Part shown: positions 1-13,450 of the stretch, in pieces
Layout: the number at the start of each line of letters is the position of its first letter
Numbering within the stretch: position 1 is the first letter of the stretch
Assembly: GCF_006345805.1 (NCBI RefSeq)
Contig: NC_042997.1
Span: 146,134,001 to 146,198,000, forward strand
Length of the DNA: 64,000 bases
Reading direction: 5' to 3'
DNA from: Octopus sinensis
Lineage: Eukaryota
Made by a program: the position numbers and the translations under genes
Notes under the pieces: generated by a model
Told to the model about the DNA's origin: nothing
The model's database searches: none
The model's input: only the letters and a program-made list of their open reading frames with translations

Positions 1-37
<37 letters not shown>

Positions 38-376
38 TTATATATTTATAGATGAAGCTGACTATGACGACGAGGAGAGATTTGCCACCAACTTCAATGA
101 CAATAATGAGCTGATTTCCGAAAGCTTTTGTATTTTGCCTTTCTTTTCCTTTTTTACAAAATAATAAATAATAACATTTGTTGAATCCGGAACAAGGCCC
201 ACACCTTATATAAATAACTAAAATTGTCCATTCACATCTGTGATAAAATGATATGTGTTTTTTCGTCAAGTACATAAAACAATGTGATCTTTTCAGATAA
301 GTCCAGCAACAAGTTTATAGTATCTAATTGAGCAGCGAAGGTTAGATAACGTTTTAAAATTTCAATGTATACAATA

Positions 377-735
377 GGTGTAAGTGTGGATGTGTGGTAA
401 GAAATTTGCTTCCCAGCTACATGATTTCAGGTTCAGTCCCACTAAGTATTTTCAACTATAACCTCAGCCCGACCAAAGTCTTGAGAGTAGATTTGGTAGA
501 GAAAAACTGCAAGAATCCTGTTATATATATATGTGTGTATGCGTGGTGTGTGTGTGTGTGTGTTTGTGTTTGTTCCCCACCACCGCTTGACAATCGATGT
601 TGGTGTGTTTACGCCCCCGTAACCTAGCGATACAATATGCACCGGGTTTTAAAAACATAATTCCTGGGAGCGATTTTGTTCCACCAAAACCCTTCAAAGC
701 AGTTCCTAAGCTGGCTGCAGTCAAATGACTTAGGA
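377..735 (+). mobile_element. tRNA-derived SINE, family A (degenerate)
   Basis: Homologous to 12421-12908 and 48447-48822: tRNA-like head with GGTTCAGTCCC B-box, internal (TA)/(TG) microsatellite, CAGTCAAATGACT tail. Confidence 0.8.
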
Positions 736-944
736 TACACGCTATGCTAAAGTTTAGAGTTTATTCTTTTTCTCTGTCCAGCATCACACGAACATACAAA
801 CTAGCAGGGTCACACACAGGACGACCAGCAAACTAGTTCTCAATTACAATCAGGATGTAAAGGCAGTATCATCCGCCACTTCAACAACCTTTTTGTAGAT
901 TGTCGTGATACTCAAATACTGCGTTTTAAAATACTTCAGTATAT

Positions 945-1240
945 CCGCAGTATTTGCGTTGTGTTTTAGTACAATGGAATTTGAACTCAGAATGTAAATT
1001 TGGAAGAAATACCTATTTCTTTACTACCCACGAGGGACTAAACTCAGAGAGGACAAACAAGGACAGACAAACGGATTAAGTCGATCATATCGACTGCGTA
1101 ACTGGTACTTATTTAATTGACCCCGGAAGGATGACAGGCAAAGTCGACCTGGGCGGAATCTGAACTCAGAACGTAGCGGCAGACGAAATACTGCTAAGCA
1201 TTTCGCCTGGCGTGCTAACAGTTCTGCCAGTACGCCGCCT
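945..1240 (-). mobile_element. tRNA-derived SINE, family B
   Basis: Reverse complement of the 34537-34775 copy (GGCGGCG..CTGGCAGAA..GTTAGCACGCC..GAGTTCAAATTCC). Confidence 0.8.
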
Positions 1241-1789
1241 TGAGTAGCACCTATATTGCTAGAAATAAGAGTTAGAAATCTTTAAGGCTTATGTGTGTGC
1301 GTGTGTGTGTATTTATGATTGTTTCTTTCAGTTTCCCTATATCAAGTTGACTCATACACTCACAAGGCTTTTGTCATTCTGGAACTATGTGTGTTTGGGA
1401 AGTACGCTTCTTGTCACGCAGCCATACCTAGCTCAGTTAGAGGATGGACGGAAGACAAGAAAACACTCATGACCGTTTCAAGTGGGAAAAGAGGCAAAGA
1501 AAATCACAAGACGTGATACATTGCCGCCTCAATGTTTAAAACAGGATGTTAAAGGCAACATGGACTGAGTGGTCGTGTTTAGCCGGGTGTCATATTTAAT
1601 CTACCATTAAGAAAATACGTACCATATTATCCACAACAGTAATTATCTTATTTCAAATTTAACGCAAATTCACAGGGTTGCTGAAAGGGACTGTTGATTA
1701 CTTAAGTAATGTTTCTTTTATCGAATAAGCTTATTCGATAAAAGAAACATTGGGGGAATGTTAAAATTGATGGTATTTGTAAAATAGAC

Positions 1790-2445
1790 GAAATTTTAAA
1801 ATTTTACATAATTTTTAGAGGGGGTAGAATAGTTGATTAAATCGATCCCAGTACTTGACAGGTACTCTATTTTATCGACCCCGATAAGATAAAAGGTAAA
1901 GCGTATCTCGGGGAGATTTGAACGTGGAATGTAAAGAGTCAGCAGAAATATTACAAGATATTTTTTCCTGATGCTTCAGCGATTCTGCCAGCCCACAGTC
2001 TAACGGCGATAGCTACAACAATTATAATAATAATAATAATAGGTTTCCTATTTTGACACAAGGTCAGTAATTTCGGGGTCGGGGCTAAATCAATTGACCC
2101 CAGTGCTCAACTAGTACTTATTTTATCGATCCTAATAGATGAAAAGCAAAGTCGACCTCGGTGGACTTTGAACTCAGAACTTAAAGATGGACGAAATGCC
2201 ACTGAGCATTTCGTTCGGGCCACAAGGCCTGATAATCTGGTGGTAAGGGCTAGTCAATAATAAAAATATTAATAATAATAATAATAATAATAATAATCCT
2301 TTCTCCTGGAAGCACAAGGCCTCAAATTTAGGGGAAAGGGATTAAGTCGATTGCATCAACTCCAGTGCGTAGAATGAAAGGCGAAGTCGACCCCGGCGGA
2401 ATTTCAACTCAGAACGTGCAAGCGATTCTGCAAGCTTGCCGCCTT
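1790..2445 (-). mobile_element. Cluster of three degenerate family B SINE copies interspersed with (TAA)n
   Basis: Repeated AAAGTCGACC..GGAATTTGAACTCAGAAC motifs near 1900, 2150 and 2390. Confidence 0.7.
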
Positions 2446-2446
2446 A

Positions 2447-2470
2447 AATAATAATAATAATATAATAATA

Positions 2471-2507
<37 letters not shown>

Positions 2508-2623
2508 CAAAGACAGGAGTACTGTTGAAATATCGTTCAACTAATAAAATATCTTACAATCGAATCGTGCTCTTCGTCCTGACTGTTTACCTTTGTGAAG
2601 AGTTAGGTCAATCCTTTTTTAGA

Positions 2624-2702
<79 letters not shown>

Positions 2703-2960
2703 GATGATGATGATGATGATTTTCTTATTAACCACAAAGTGTTTACAAATGAATCGCGGACGTTAACTGGACTATACAATACAATGTGATATGATGTGAA
2801 ATGAAGCAGTGTACAAGAAAAAGAAGAACAAGAACAAGAACAAGAACAACAACAACGACGACGACGATGACGACGACAACGACAACAACAACAACAGCAA
2901 CAACAACAATAACAATAATAAAAATAACAACAGCAACAATGAGAAAAATGATAATAACAA
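2447..2960. repeat. Compound trinucleotide microsatellite field: (AAT)n, (GAT)n, (AAGAAC)n, (AAC/GAC)n
   Basis: Directly visible; accounts for the poly-L/C/T/V ORFs at 2603-3075. Confidence 0.9.
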
Positions 2961-3596
2961 CGAGAGTTAACCAACCTGAAAGGCTTGCAACTAATATCCA
3001 ACAATATATACTCAATATAAAGAACTTCGTGTAGTATACATTTTGCATTTGCGTTGCCATATTAGCAAGTAGCAAAACAAGAACACTACAGACCTAAGTA
3101 CTGTGGGTGCGTTGTTTTGCCTTTGAATCTGATGACAAATCTCTATTATAAAAATCTTAAGTGATATACTTAAATTTATTCAAGAGCCTTCTCTATTTTT
3201 CACATTATTCGTTTATATTTCCGTTCATGCACCTGCAAGCAGGCGCATGCGCATTTTTTTTGGCTCGTATTTTATAATACTTAATTTAACATCCTGTGCA
3301 ACTTCAAGTATGTCTGTTTTGAAATGCGCGTCTGATTTTTGTTATATTTAGCTACACTTAAAAAAAAACCCCAAAAAACTATTGGACATATCGAATTTTT
3401 AGTGAATATTTTCGTGGTTTACTCATAAAATATATAAATGGATAATACTCTGTCAACAGATATATTATGTAGATGCTATTTTATCGGTTTTATTGTACCT
3501 CTGTGTATGTTCCTTATTGCAGTCTTGGGTTGACGTTGTGGCTGGAATGTTAGTCAGAAATAGGCGGAAGCTCCTCATGCCTCATATGTATGTATG

Positions 3597-3630
<34 letters not shown>

Positions 3631-3968
3631 TGTATGTATGTATGTATGTATGTATGTATAAGTGTGTGTATATAATTATGCCTGTGTGTGTGTGTGTGTT
3701 TGTGAAAAAAATATATATGAATATGTTTCATATCTATTCATATATATCATACAAGCAGTGTCCTCTTCAAGAACATCTACTTGCTCCAGTATTACAATCC
3801 AATATGTAGATGGTGTTGTTGCATTTACTCCACAAACGCTTTGTCGTCAATGCTGCACTTGCCCCATATCACTTGTTTCAGCATAACTGAAATATATATG
3901 TACAAACTATGCCATTTAAATCCAGACCAACGCCAAGTATCACTGCTAGTATATATATATATATATAG

Positions 3969-4012
<44 letters not shown>

Positions 4013-4014
4013 GG

Positions 4015-4322
4015 GGAGGGAGGAGCACTCCGTCGGTTACGACGACGAGGGTCCCAGCTGATACGATCAACGGAACGGCCTGCTCGTGAAATTAACGTAC
4101 AAGTGACTGAGCAATCCACAGGCACGCGTGCCCCTAACGTAGTTCTCAGAGAAATTCAGCGTGACACAAAGTGTGACAAGGCCCTTTGAAATACAGGTAC
4201 AAATCATTTTTGCCAGCTGAGTGGACTGGAGCAACGTGAAATAAGGTGTCTTGCTCAAGAACACAACGCGTCGTCGGGAATCGAACTCACTATCTCACAA
4301 TGGTTAGTGGTTAGGGCATTCG
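4015..4322 (-). mobile_element. tRNA-derived SINE, family C
   Basis: Reverse complement of 6987-7230 (CTTGAGCAAGACACCTTATTTCACGTTGCTCCAGTCCACTCAGCTGGCAAAAA). Confidence 0.75.
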
Positions 4323-4373
4323 GATATATATATATATATGTGTGTGTGTGTGTATTTATATATATATTATATA

Positions 4374-4418
<45 letters not shown>

Positions 4419-4459
4419 ATATATATCTTATATATATATATTATATATATATATAATAT

Positions 4460-4507
<48 letters not shown>

Positions 4508-5204
4508 ATATAATATATATATATATAAGTTCAGTAAAATTCGATTCAGATGAATATAGTACTTAAGTTAAAGGCACCAGAATTTAGTATGGTATTATCC
4601 ATATAATTCAAAATGGGGTGATTATAATCAAAATAAGCAACAAGGATATCCAGATGTAATGCAGTACGATCGTTTCATGCGACTCCATTTAATTGAACAA
4701 TGCAAACATTTCATCAATTTAAAATGTAGAGCAATTTTCAGCTGCATAAAAATATAGAATTTAGTTAAAAAAGGACTCATTTGTATAATTTTCTTTTTAT
4801 CCAAAATCACCAAGAGGATAAGGAGATAGACAAAGAGCTTACTTTATGTACGACACCACAGTTGTAACAGATTTTTTCAAAAAAGTCACTGCTTTTCACT
4901 GATTATTTCTGTTATTTAGAATCTAAATAACAGAAATAATCAGTGATAAGCAGTGTCTTTATTGAAAAAATCTCAGTTTCAACTGTGATGCCGTTGATAA
5001 AACATGTTCTTTGTCTATCTACTAATCCTCTTGGTGATTTTGGATAAAAAGAAAATTATACAAATGAAAATTATACAAATTATATAGGATTAAGTAAATT
5101 CTATATTTTTATGCAGCTGAAGATTGCTCTATATTTTAAATTAATGTAATGTTTGCATTGTTGAGTCAAATGCTTATTTTAATATATATATATATATATA
5201 TATA

Positions 5205-6918
5205 CTAGCATTATGACCCGTCGTTGCCGGGTCATAGTGCTAGTGCATATATATATGTGTATATATATGTGTACATATTACATGTACATCTATATATATA
5301 CATCTACACATAAAATACAAAATACAAAGTTATATCTTGATATCGCTAGTGATAACAATACTCAAAATATATAAAAGACTGGAATTGTAGGCCCGTCTCT
5401 TGCAATTTCGATCAATTGTATCTTGTCCTCCCTCTTGTATAGAAGTGTGGCTACAATCCAGCCTACATCTACTTCTGGGGAGACATTTTAAATTTTTATC
5501 CGGGACGTCCTATGTCCCAGATATAATGGTAAAAATAAAATATTTCCACTTTGCAAGGTTCAAGTCAAGTACTCCCTTGCACGCTCCGTTGACTCGAACC
5601 TTGCTTCTATTGTGGCAAATTTACCGTCTCTGGTTAGATATCTTTCATAGTCGCGCCAAGAAACTTTTCGATGGTGCTTTCCTCCAGGTGTTCTTTTTTT
5701 TCTCTACATTGTATACTTTATAGACAATAGTCTTTTCTTTAATTTAATTTTTTACTTCGTTTGGTGGTGTTATCCTAGATTCACCGTCTTTGTCGGTGAT
5801 CAATCCGAAATAGGTTTGTATTTCTTCAATTTTAATTTTAATGAGTTTGCGCCCGCCGACGGCTGCAGCGAAATTCATTTTTGGACTTTCTTCTATCAAA
5901 GGCATTCTAACAAAAATGCTTCCGTGTAAACGGTGAAAATATTGTCAATTTCCACAAACAGGGACACAATTAAATTTTTAAACAATAACCAAAGCTCCTT
6001 CTTCCAAGGGGGGGGGGTTTACAGTTTACAAATGCAACACAACAACGTTTCCCTTACGAGGAACCAACAAACGTGATAACAATAGTTAAACAGTAATAAT
6101 AATAACAACAAACCTTACGGTGAATCAAAAAGCAGTACGCAGTTGAAGCTATAGTCCTTTATGTATAAGAAATAAACCAACAGCAGTACTCAGTAGAAGC
6201 GTCTGTTCGAGAAAACAGACATTACATGCAGCCAAACTTCATATAGATACTTAATGCTAGCTAATTAGCAGATAATCTAATGTAAAAGCCTTGGTAAACG
6301 GTATGTGCACACCTCCATCTGGACTATTCGATTTCTGCACACTAATTTTATTTTTAATTTATTCTCATTCATGTGAAACCACTTATTCAAGTTCAAGACA
6401 TTGATGCAATTTTATACCAATTGTTATTTTTATTTTTGTTATGTTACGATTATATTATACTTTAGTTTGATTTTAATTATTACTTACTACATATAATTCA
6501 ATTGTTATTATTATCTCTAATTTTTATTGTTAAAGTGAAAGTATTTGACATAAAATAGAGACATGTTTTTGTTTCACTTTTAACACGTAATACTGAAATA
6601 GTGGAGAAGATATGATATTGCTATGGGCTCGCCCTAGGCAAGAAGTTGAACATTTTTTTTGCCCATGAAACTACATGAACCCTAAGTAAGGCATGTGTAA
6701 AATTTGAATGAAATTGGTTGTGTAGTTCTGAAGTTTTAGGGAATCGTAGTGGAGAAGATATGATATTGCTGTGGGCTCGCCCTAGACAAAAAGTTAAAAA
6801 TTTATTTTGCCTAAGTAAGGCATGTGTAATATTTGAATGAAATTGGTTGTGTAGTTCTCAAGTTTTAGGGAAACACACAGACAGACAGACAGACAGACAG
6901 ACGGACGCATATTCTCAG

Positions 6919-6925
<7 letters not shown>
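5205..6925 (-). mobile_element. Non-autonomous Helitron-like element
   Basis: Minus-strand 3' end with a GC-rich hairpin and CTAG (5205-5243); 5' end with (GTCT)n next to a TA tract (6885-6925); internal tandem duplication of a ~140-nt unit (6598-6740 / 6746-6870). Confidence 0.6.
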
Positions 6926-6986
<61 letters not shown>

Positions 6987-6988
<2 letters not shown>

Positions 6989-7229
6989 GCATGTGGCTTA
7001 GTGGTTAGGGTGTCAGTATCATGATCGTAAGATTGTGGTTTCGATTCCTGGACCGAGCGACGCGTTGTCTTCTTGAGGAAAACACTTTATTTCACGTTGC
7101 TCCAGTCCACTCAGCTGGCAAAAATGTGTAACGCTGCGATGGACTGGCGTCCCTCCCAGCTGGGGAACACATACGCCATTGAAACCAGAAAACCGGGCCC
7201 ATGAGCCTGGCTAGGCTTTAAAAGGGCGC

Positions 7230-7230
<1 letters not shown>
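6987..7230 (+). mobile_element. tRNA-derived SINE, family C
   Basis: A-box-like TGGCTTAGTGGTTAGG and B-box-like GGTTTCGATTCC; homologs at 4015-4322 (-) and 57622-57840 (+). Confidence 0.8.
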
Positions 7231-7275
<45 letters not shown>

Positions 7276-7575
7276 AATGTGTGTGTGTGTGTGTGTCTAT
7301 CTGTCTGTCTGTCTGTCTGTCATTCTATATATGTCTGCCCTTTTCATAAGCCTCTACCAGTTAATTGACGTAACATTGCATACTTCTATATGCCTACACG
7401 TTGCATGTATTAGAAGTGCATAAGAAAACACTGATCAGTTGAAATTACGTCCTTAGAGATGCTCGATCTCCCCTTAAGCCATTGGTGGAGTAATTACCCC
7501 TCCTATTTTTTGTAAAAACCTAAATGTTGCCCTAAAAGGGGTGTAACTTAATATATATATATATATATATATATA

Positions 7576-7633
<58 letters not shown>

Positions 7634-7742
7634 TTTGTGAAATAGGCTGACTGTGTGCTGTTAGTTTTAGAGTAAAAGCAGATATAAAGCCCACACGTCT
7701 GAGAAGATGATGTCTAAATCAGCTGCTTTGTGAAGCTGCACG

Positions 7743-8610
7743 TTACCTTTTCTCAGTGTAAACATTTACGAAGTCTCCTCCTAATACCTCTTGGTAGACA
7801 ATATTTTTCGTTCTACCCCGGGGTGAGTAAACGAAGAGACTTTCCTTGCTTCCCACCCGGGAACAACTGACGTATAGCTGACCGTGTGAGAAGCATGATT
7901 CAACTAAATGCAGCCCTGCCACCGTGACTTACTGATTGACATTGCAAAACAGGCTAAGCGGGAACTGCAGACGGCGAAATGCAAAGGGAATATCTGCACC
8001 AGATGGAATGAGGGGGTTTCTGGGGATGAAAACATCCTCTCCTTTGCCACAGCCAGACAAAATGGTAACTTCAAGAACGTACTCCATAGCCGTCTTAATA
8101 ACCAAGCGTATCCCATTGCAAAGCTTTGGAGGGTCTAAATTCCTCAGCAGCATGACAGGAGCTCCAACTTTAACTTCCAGCGTATGAGGAGGCAGCCCAG
8201 ATGGATCAAGGGAATTAAGAAACTCCACTGCCTGGTCGTCGTCGGGTACAGAATCGACTGACCCGTACACGTGCAGCCTTCAGGGAAGCGAATGCAGCAG
8301 CTTAGCGTTCAGAGCGGTCACTGTGCTGTTTTTTGGAGTCAAAATGGCTCTTTCGGAAATCCAATTCACGTTAAGGTAGTTCCTTTGTAGATTTGGAAAG
8401 ACGTGTGCCTCTAGTTCATCGGAATTACTGACAGTGGTGCAGAGGTGAGTTAGGTTCAGTTCCCCATTTTTATCGAGCGGAACAATACCGTTTCCGATTG
8501 ACAATATGTCAGATGCAAAATCTGATGCCATCTGGTTACCACGAAGCTGCACTCTCATGTTTGTTTTGAGAGACAATGTTGTAACATTTTGCCGCAGTGG
8601 GGAGGACTCT
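7743..8610 (-). mobile_element. Helitron RepHel C-terminal PIF1-like helicase fragment (frameshifted)
   Basis: Hallmark motifs [74 protein letters not shown] and TKNIVYQEV; split over several ORFs. Confidence 0.92.
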
Positions 8611-9339
8611 AGGCAGGCCCTGGCTACATCTGCTCTGGTTCCATTGGGTATTACAGGAAGCTTTTGCCTTCTCTTAGCCAGTTTTATTCCTTAAACTTTT
8701 AACTTTTAAATTCCAAATTTTTAATTTAATTTTTAACTTTTAAATTTTAATTCTTTAATTTGTATCCTTTATATATTTAATTATAGTTTTATTCTACATA
8801 TGCACCATTAAGCTAGGCATCTATTTTTAGTAATCTCTACTGACCACTGACCACTCGTAACCTACTTAATCAATAGACATAAAAACCTCCCTTCTCCCCG
8901 CTTTACCAAACTTTTAATGCCTGACCTTTCACCCCGAATTGACTCTTAATAATGATAATACTGGCACCTTATGGCTATCTTTATTCCGTTTATTCCTTAT
9001 TTTTTATTGTTTTATTTATTTTTCATTTTGATTTTGAATTTACTTTATTGTCGATCTCATTCTTTCCCCGCACCCAATCCATTCTCGACTTCCCTCTTTT
9101 TTCTTTCTCTCCTTCTTTTTCTCTCTTTCTCCTCTCTCTCTCTCTCTCTCTCTCTCTTCTATGCACTTATTCACAACCCACTTCTGTCTATCATGATGAC
9201 TATCTTTCTCACAGTATAAACCCACGCGGACCATTTGCACACTAGCAAACCATTCAACATGAACACACCATTCAAAATACTGCCAAAATTCTGCCTGAAT
9301 TTACCTGGAATTAAGCATAAGGACATATTCCTTCACGCA

Positions 9340-9761
9340 GCGTTAGATTAACCATCAAGCAAAATAAGTACGTGCTTAGAGCATCAAGGAAAGAAGGGGG
9401 CATTACAGAAATGGTAAATGATTTACGGCACAAAAGAAATCACTTTAAACTTGCCAAAATAATATTCTGGATGCCTTTATCTCTACTAAGTATAGATGCA
9501 GATGTGTTACCTAAGATTAATTTTGAGGATCTGATCAAAGACTTCGCAATTAAAAAAAGTAGGAGGAAACTTTTCAAATATGAATAACGTGGAAGTATAC
9601 GAGAATAAACATTATTTTCCCTCTTACTTTTTGTTTCGTTTTGAAAAATATAAATTTATTTTATGGTTTGTTACTGTTTATATTTTCAATTACATATTCT
9701 TTTATGGGGCATCAAATTTTTTTAAGTGCTTAGGGCCTTGATGGTTCTTAATCTGGCCCTG
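9340..9761 (+). mobile_element. hAT transposon 3' remnant (dimerisation-domain end plus right TIR)
   Basis: LSLLSIDADVLPKINFEDLIKDFAIKKSRRK resembles the C-terminus of ZMYM1/Tip100-type hAT transposases; ends in CTTAATCTGGCCCTG, a hAT-like terminus. Confidence 0.6.
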
Positions 9762-10230
9762 CTTTCACGGCGTGCAGACCAATCTCCATACCCTCTGGAA
9801 AAAGATGAACTGTGACTTTTTATTATCCTGTCTTATATCTACTTTTACTCTTTATTCTTCTATTTTATTCCTTATAAACTGTGAATTTCCTTGTCAAGAA
9901 ATTTCATACACACTCACTTTGTCTCTGATAACGGAGTACCCAGTGTACAGACATGCTAGTCTACCACTTGGGATATCCCAGAAACAGCTGTAAGACTCCA
10001 AATTAACCTTATTTTATTATTAAATTAAATTACTGGAGTTAAATTATTATAAATGACTTGAGATACTCATCCTGCCTTGGATTTTGATGCCTTTTCCCCC
10101 TAATGTATGCCTGGTCACACGGAAGCCTAATATGGATCCCTAGCTCCAACTGTGAACTTGGAACATAATGGATGACCAACTATAACACTTACGCAGCGTA
10201 CTAAAAACCAGCGTACTAAAAACCTCATAT

Positions 10231-10271
<41 letters not shown>

Positions 10272-10394
10272 GCAGACCTAAACTCTTACAAGCTTATTAA
10301 CATAAAAACTGGATCCTTCGATGATATTATATTCAGTTATGAAGTCTATTATGTTTGGTACCGGATAATTAAAACTTAAATCTTTTATAACCCA

Positions 10395-10590
10395 TTTATT
10401 TTTCATGTTTATTACAAAATGCTTAGCGGTATTTCGTCCGTCTTTACGTTTGTGCTGAAATGAGGCAGGGGGTAACTTTGCCCGTCGTTCTTTGGGTTCG
10501 ATGAAATAAATACCGGTTGAGCATTGGTGTCGATGTAATTGACTAGCCCTTTCTCTCCCCAAAATCCAGGCCCTGTGCCTATAGTAGAAA
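10395..10590 (+). mobile_element. Family B SINE just downstream of the gene 1 polyA signal
   Basis: AAATGCTTAGCGGTATTTCGTCCGTC...GGCCCTGTGCCTATAGTAGAAAAG. Confidence 0.7.
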
Positions 10591-10670
10591 AGATTATGTT
10601 CACATTTATTTTTAATATACGAAATAAATAATTATAGTAACACGTCGATAAAGTATTAACGTAATTATTT

Positions 10671-10676
10671 TTTATT
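10671..10676 (-). promoter_or_regulatory. Polyadenylation signal AATAAA of gene 1
   Basis: Context GGATTTCTACAATAAAAAATAATT is conserved in the gene 2 3' UTR (GGATTTCTGAAATAAAAGATAATT). Confidence 0.65.
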
Positions 10677-10740
10677 GTAGAAATCCGATGATATTGTAAA
10701 TAGTATGTGAAGAAAAAAATGACCATCTTCTTCGTTTCCT

Positions 10741-10869
10741 TTAGTATAGATAAATGAGTTCTTCCTGCGGAGATTCTGTAGTAGAATCACTCTCAGAAAT
10801 ACTCTCAGATTTACTCGCAGAACCACGATTTTTGGGTGGCGGACAATCTCCTTTGTTGAGCAAGACTTC
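10741..10869 (-). CDS. Gene 1 terminal coding exon: EVLLNKGDCPPPKNRGSASKSESISESDSTTESPQEELIYLY* (8th Cys + acidic Ser-rich tail; precursor 99 aa)
   Basis: Pyrimidine-rich acceptor TTTATTTCTACTTTCAG at 10870; phase 0 matches the upstream donor; open to TAA at 10741-10743; clear nucleotide homology to the exon at 33883-33987; AATAAA ~65 nt downstream. Confidence 0.85.
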   Translation of the reverse strand, partial: EVLLNKGDCPPPKNRGSASKSESISESDSTTESPQEELIYLY

Positions 10870-11641
10870 CTGAAAGTAGAAATAAATTGCGTAGTACTGA
10901 TATATTTTAAACTAAGTATTAATATGATATATTTTATTATTCAGAGAGAGAGAGGGAGAGAGAGCACTTTTTAAACAAGATATCTAAAGATCTTTGCAAA
11001 TCAAAACTGAGACGGTTTTTGATTTCATTTAGTACCTTATTCAATTTTTCTTAAGACAATTAAGGTTTGAATTCTATAATTTCATAAATTAATATTTTAC
11101 CGTAATGAAAGGCAGTCGGTGACAGAGTTATGCAATTAATAACTAACTCCTTCGTGTAATTATTTTCATGGTATAAGCATTCTGACATTATTTCTCTTTA
11201 CTATAGATAGAATATCTTTAACTAGTTTATCCAGAATCATTTTAGATATCACATATTATACACAGGATTTGAAAACTCCTTAGTGTTTTCACTGGCATAA
11301 GAAAGCGTCGTCTAGCTCTTGCTGGACTTTTAATGAGACACAGTGAAACTGATGTGAGAGTTATGTTATGCCCCTGCTCATAGGCGTGGTCGCCCGAACC
11401 TGATCCTCTAAGAAATCATTGAGGAAAATGTTGGACTACATGGCAGTGTCTTGATGAACGCGATACATGGAGGAACTTCATAGTATCACTAATTAGATTG
11501 GGATTAATTTTAAAATCAAGAGCAAGGTTTCTTTTAAATACTGCAATATATATGAATATTTCATCACGTTGCGTTGTCTCTTATACTTCATGAAATACAT
11601 TTCAGCTTTCATTACGAAACTGTCGTGTAACGATAAACCTG

Positions 11642-12058
11642 GGATCTTTTCGGTTTGAACGGCAGTTTTTAACATAATTTCTAGGTAACTAAAAAAATTT
11701 GAACTTCGTATACTGGTAGAATGTGTTTATAAAACATCTTTTTCTCTTGGCTTTATTGAGAAAATTCTATAGTTTGTAAGATATCTGTTTTTTGTCTTCA
11801 ATTTCTGCAATTTCAACCAATCAAATGCGTCTATTGAGGTGAAAACATTCTGTGCCGTATGAATATGTCCCTCGTTTAAGAAACAGATTGGGTTTATTTA
11901 CATTTCTGAAGTAAAAAGATACCCTTCCCCCAACCCCTAAACCTGACCCTAACCCTAAAACAGATTGAAATGCAATAGATCGATACTAGGGTCATAATTA
12001 TGGATGACAATTTCATATGACACCGCTAGATAAAACTGCCGTTCAAACCGAAAAGATC
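11642..12058. mobile_element. MITE with 27-bp TIRs and 9-bp target-site duplication
   Basis: GATCTTTTCGGTTTGAACGGCAGTTTT (11643-11669) and its exact reverse complement (12032-12058); ATAAACCTG on both sides (11633-11641, 12059-12067). Confidence 0.85.
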
Positions 12059-12420
12059 ATAAACCTGTATGTATATCATGTCATCTTATCACAGACGGAA
12101 AAAGCTGCTTGCGTTATATCTTCTTGTTCTTCATGTTCTATTTTCAAATCCCACTTGAATCAACGTTACCTTTAAACCTTTCGGGTCGATGAAATAAACA
12201 GTCAGTCAAGAGATGTGGGTACTTTTTGGCTACTTCATCCCCATTGAAAAATTGCCATTAAAAAATTAGATTATCTTCCCACTAAAAAATCGAGTTAAAG
12301 TTGCGACAAGAGATTGGATTAAAAGAGTTAGATGCTTTTGATTCAATACTTCAACACCTTGTTTATTTTTGGCCTCCTCAATAGCCATGGTATGATTTGT
12401 TATAAAAATATTATCAGATA

Positions 12421-12908
<488 letters not shown>

Positions 12909-13183
12909 GACAAAAAAAAAAGATACAATAAGATGTTTATTTTTTTTTTTCAGTTTTCATGTTTATTAACTTTTCTTTTATTTTCTTTTTGTTTTATTGA
13001 GGGTTAAACAATTTTTTTAGCTGAGGGAGATAACCCAAAGTACCGATATTCCTCGTAAAACGGGAGATATAACCCAATTTTTTAATGGGGTGCGATAACC
13101 AAAAAGTATCGGCAACTATTACTGTTATAGTATTTTTTCTTCTTTTTTTTGAGAAAAAGGTAATTTGAGTGAGAATTATATAT

Positions 13184-13233
<50 letters not shown>

Positions 13234-13279
13234 ATATATTATATATATATAAGTTACAAAACTAAGCGGCATGACTTAC

Positions 13280-13450
13280 CATCCTAGTTCTACAATAACA
13301 AGCGCATTTCTTGCTACAAGAGACACTCGTAGAAAGTTTACACAGTGCTACCATGCAGTTAGTGGAACAGCCACCAGAAAAGAATATTGCTTCTACTCCA
13401 ACACACAGCGTCAATGATATCAACACCAATTTTAGAGTTAAAGAGACCAT
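13280..13450 (-). CDS. Cys-rich secreted peptide gene 1, coding exon A (signal peptide + 7 Cys): MVSLTLKLVLISLTLCVGVEA/IFFSGGCSTNCMVALCKLSTSVSCSKKCACYCRTRM
   Basis: Acceptor (T)n-GCAG 2 nt before the ATG at 13450; phase-0 donor ATG|GTAAGT at 13279; hydrophobic N-terminus ending V-E-A; Cys spacing identical to paralogs at 36.6 kb and 59.0 kb. Confidence 0.9.

Noticed and set aside
11925-11960. Telomere-like CCCTAA repeats as an interstitial telomere
   Set aside because: Only 2-3 degenerate units, lying inside a MITE.
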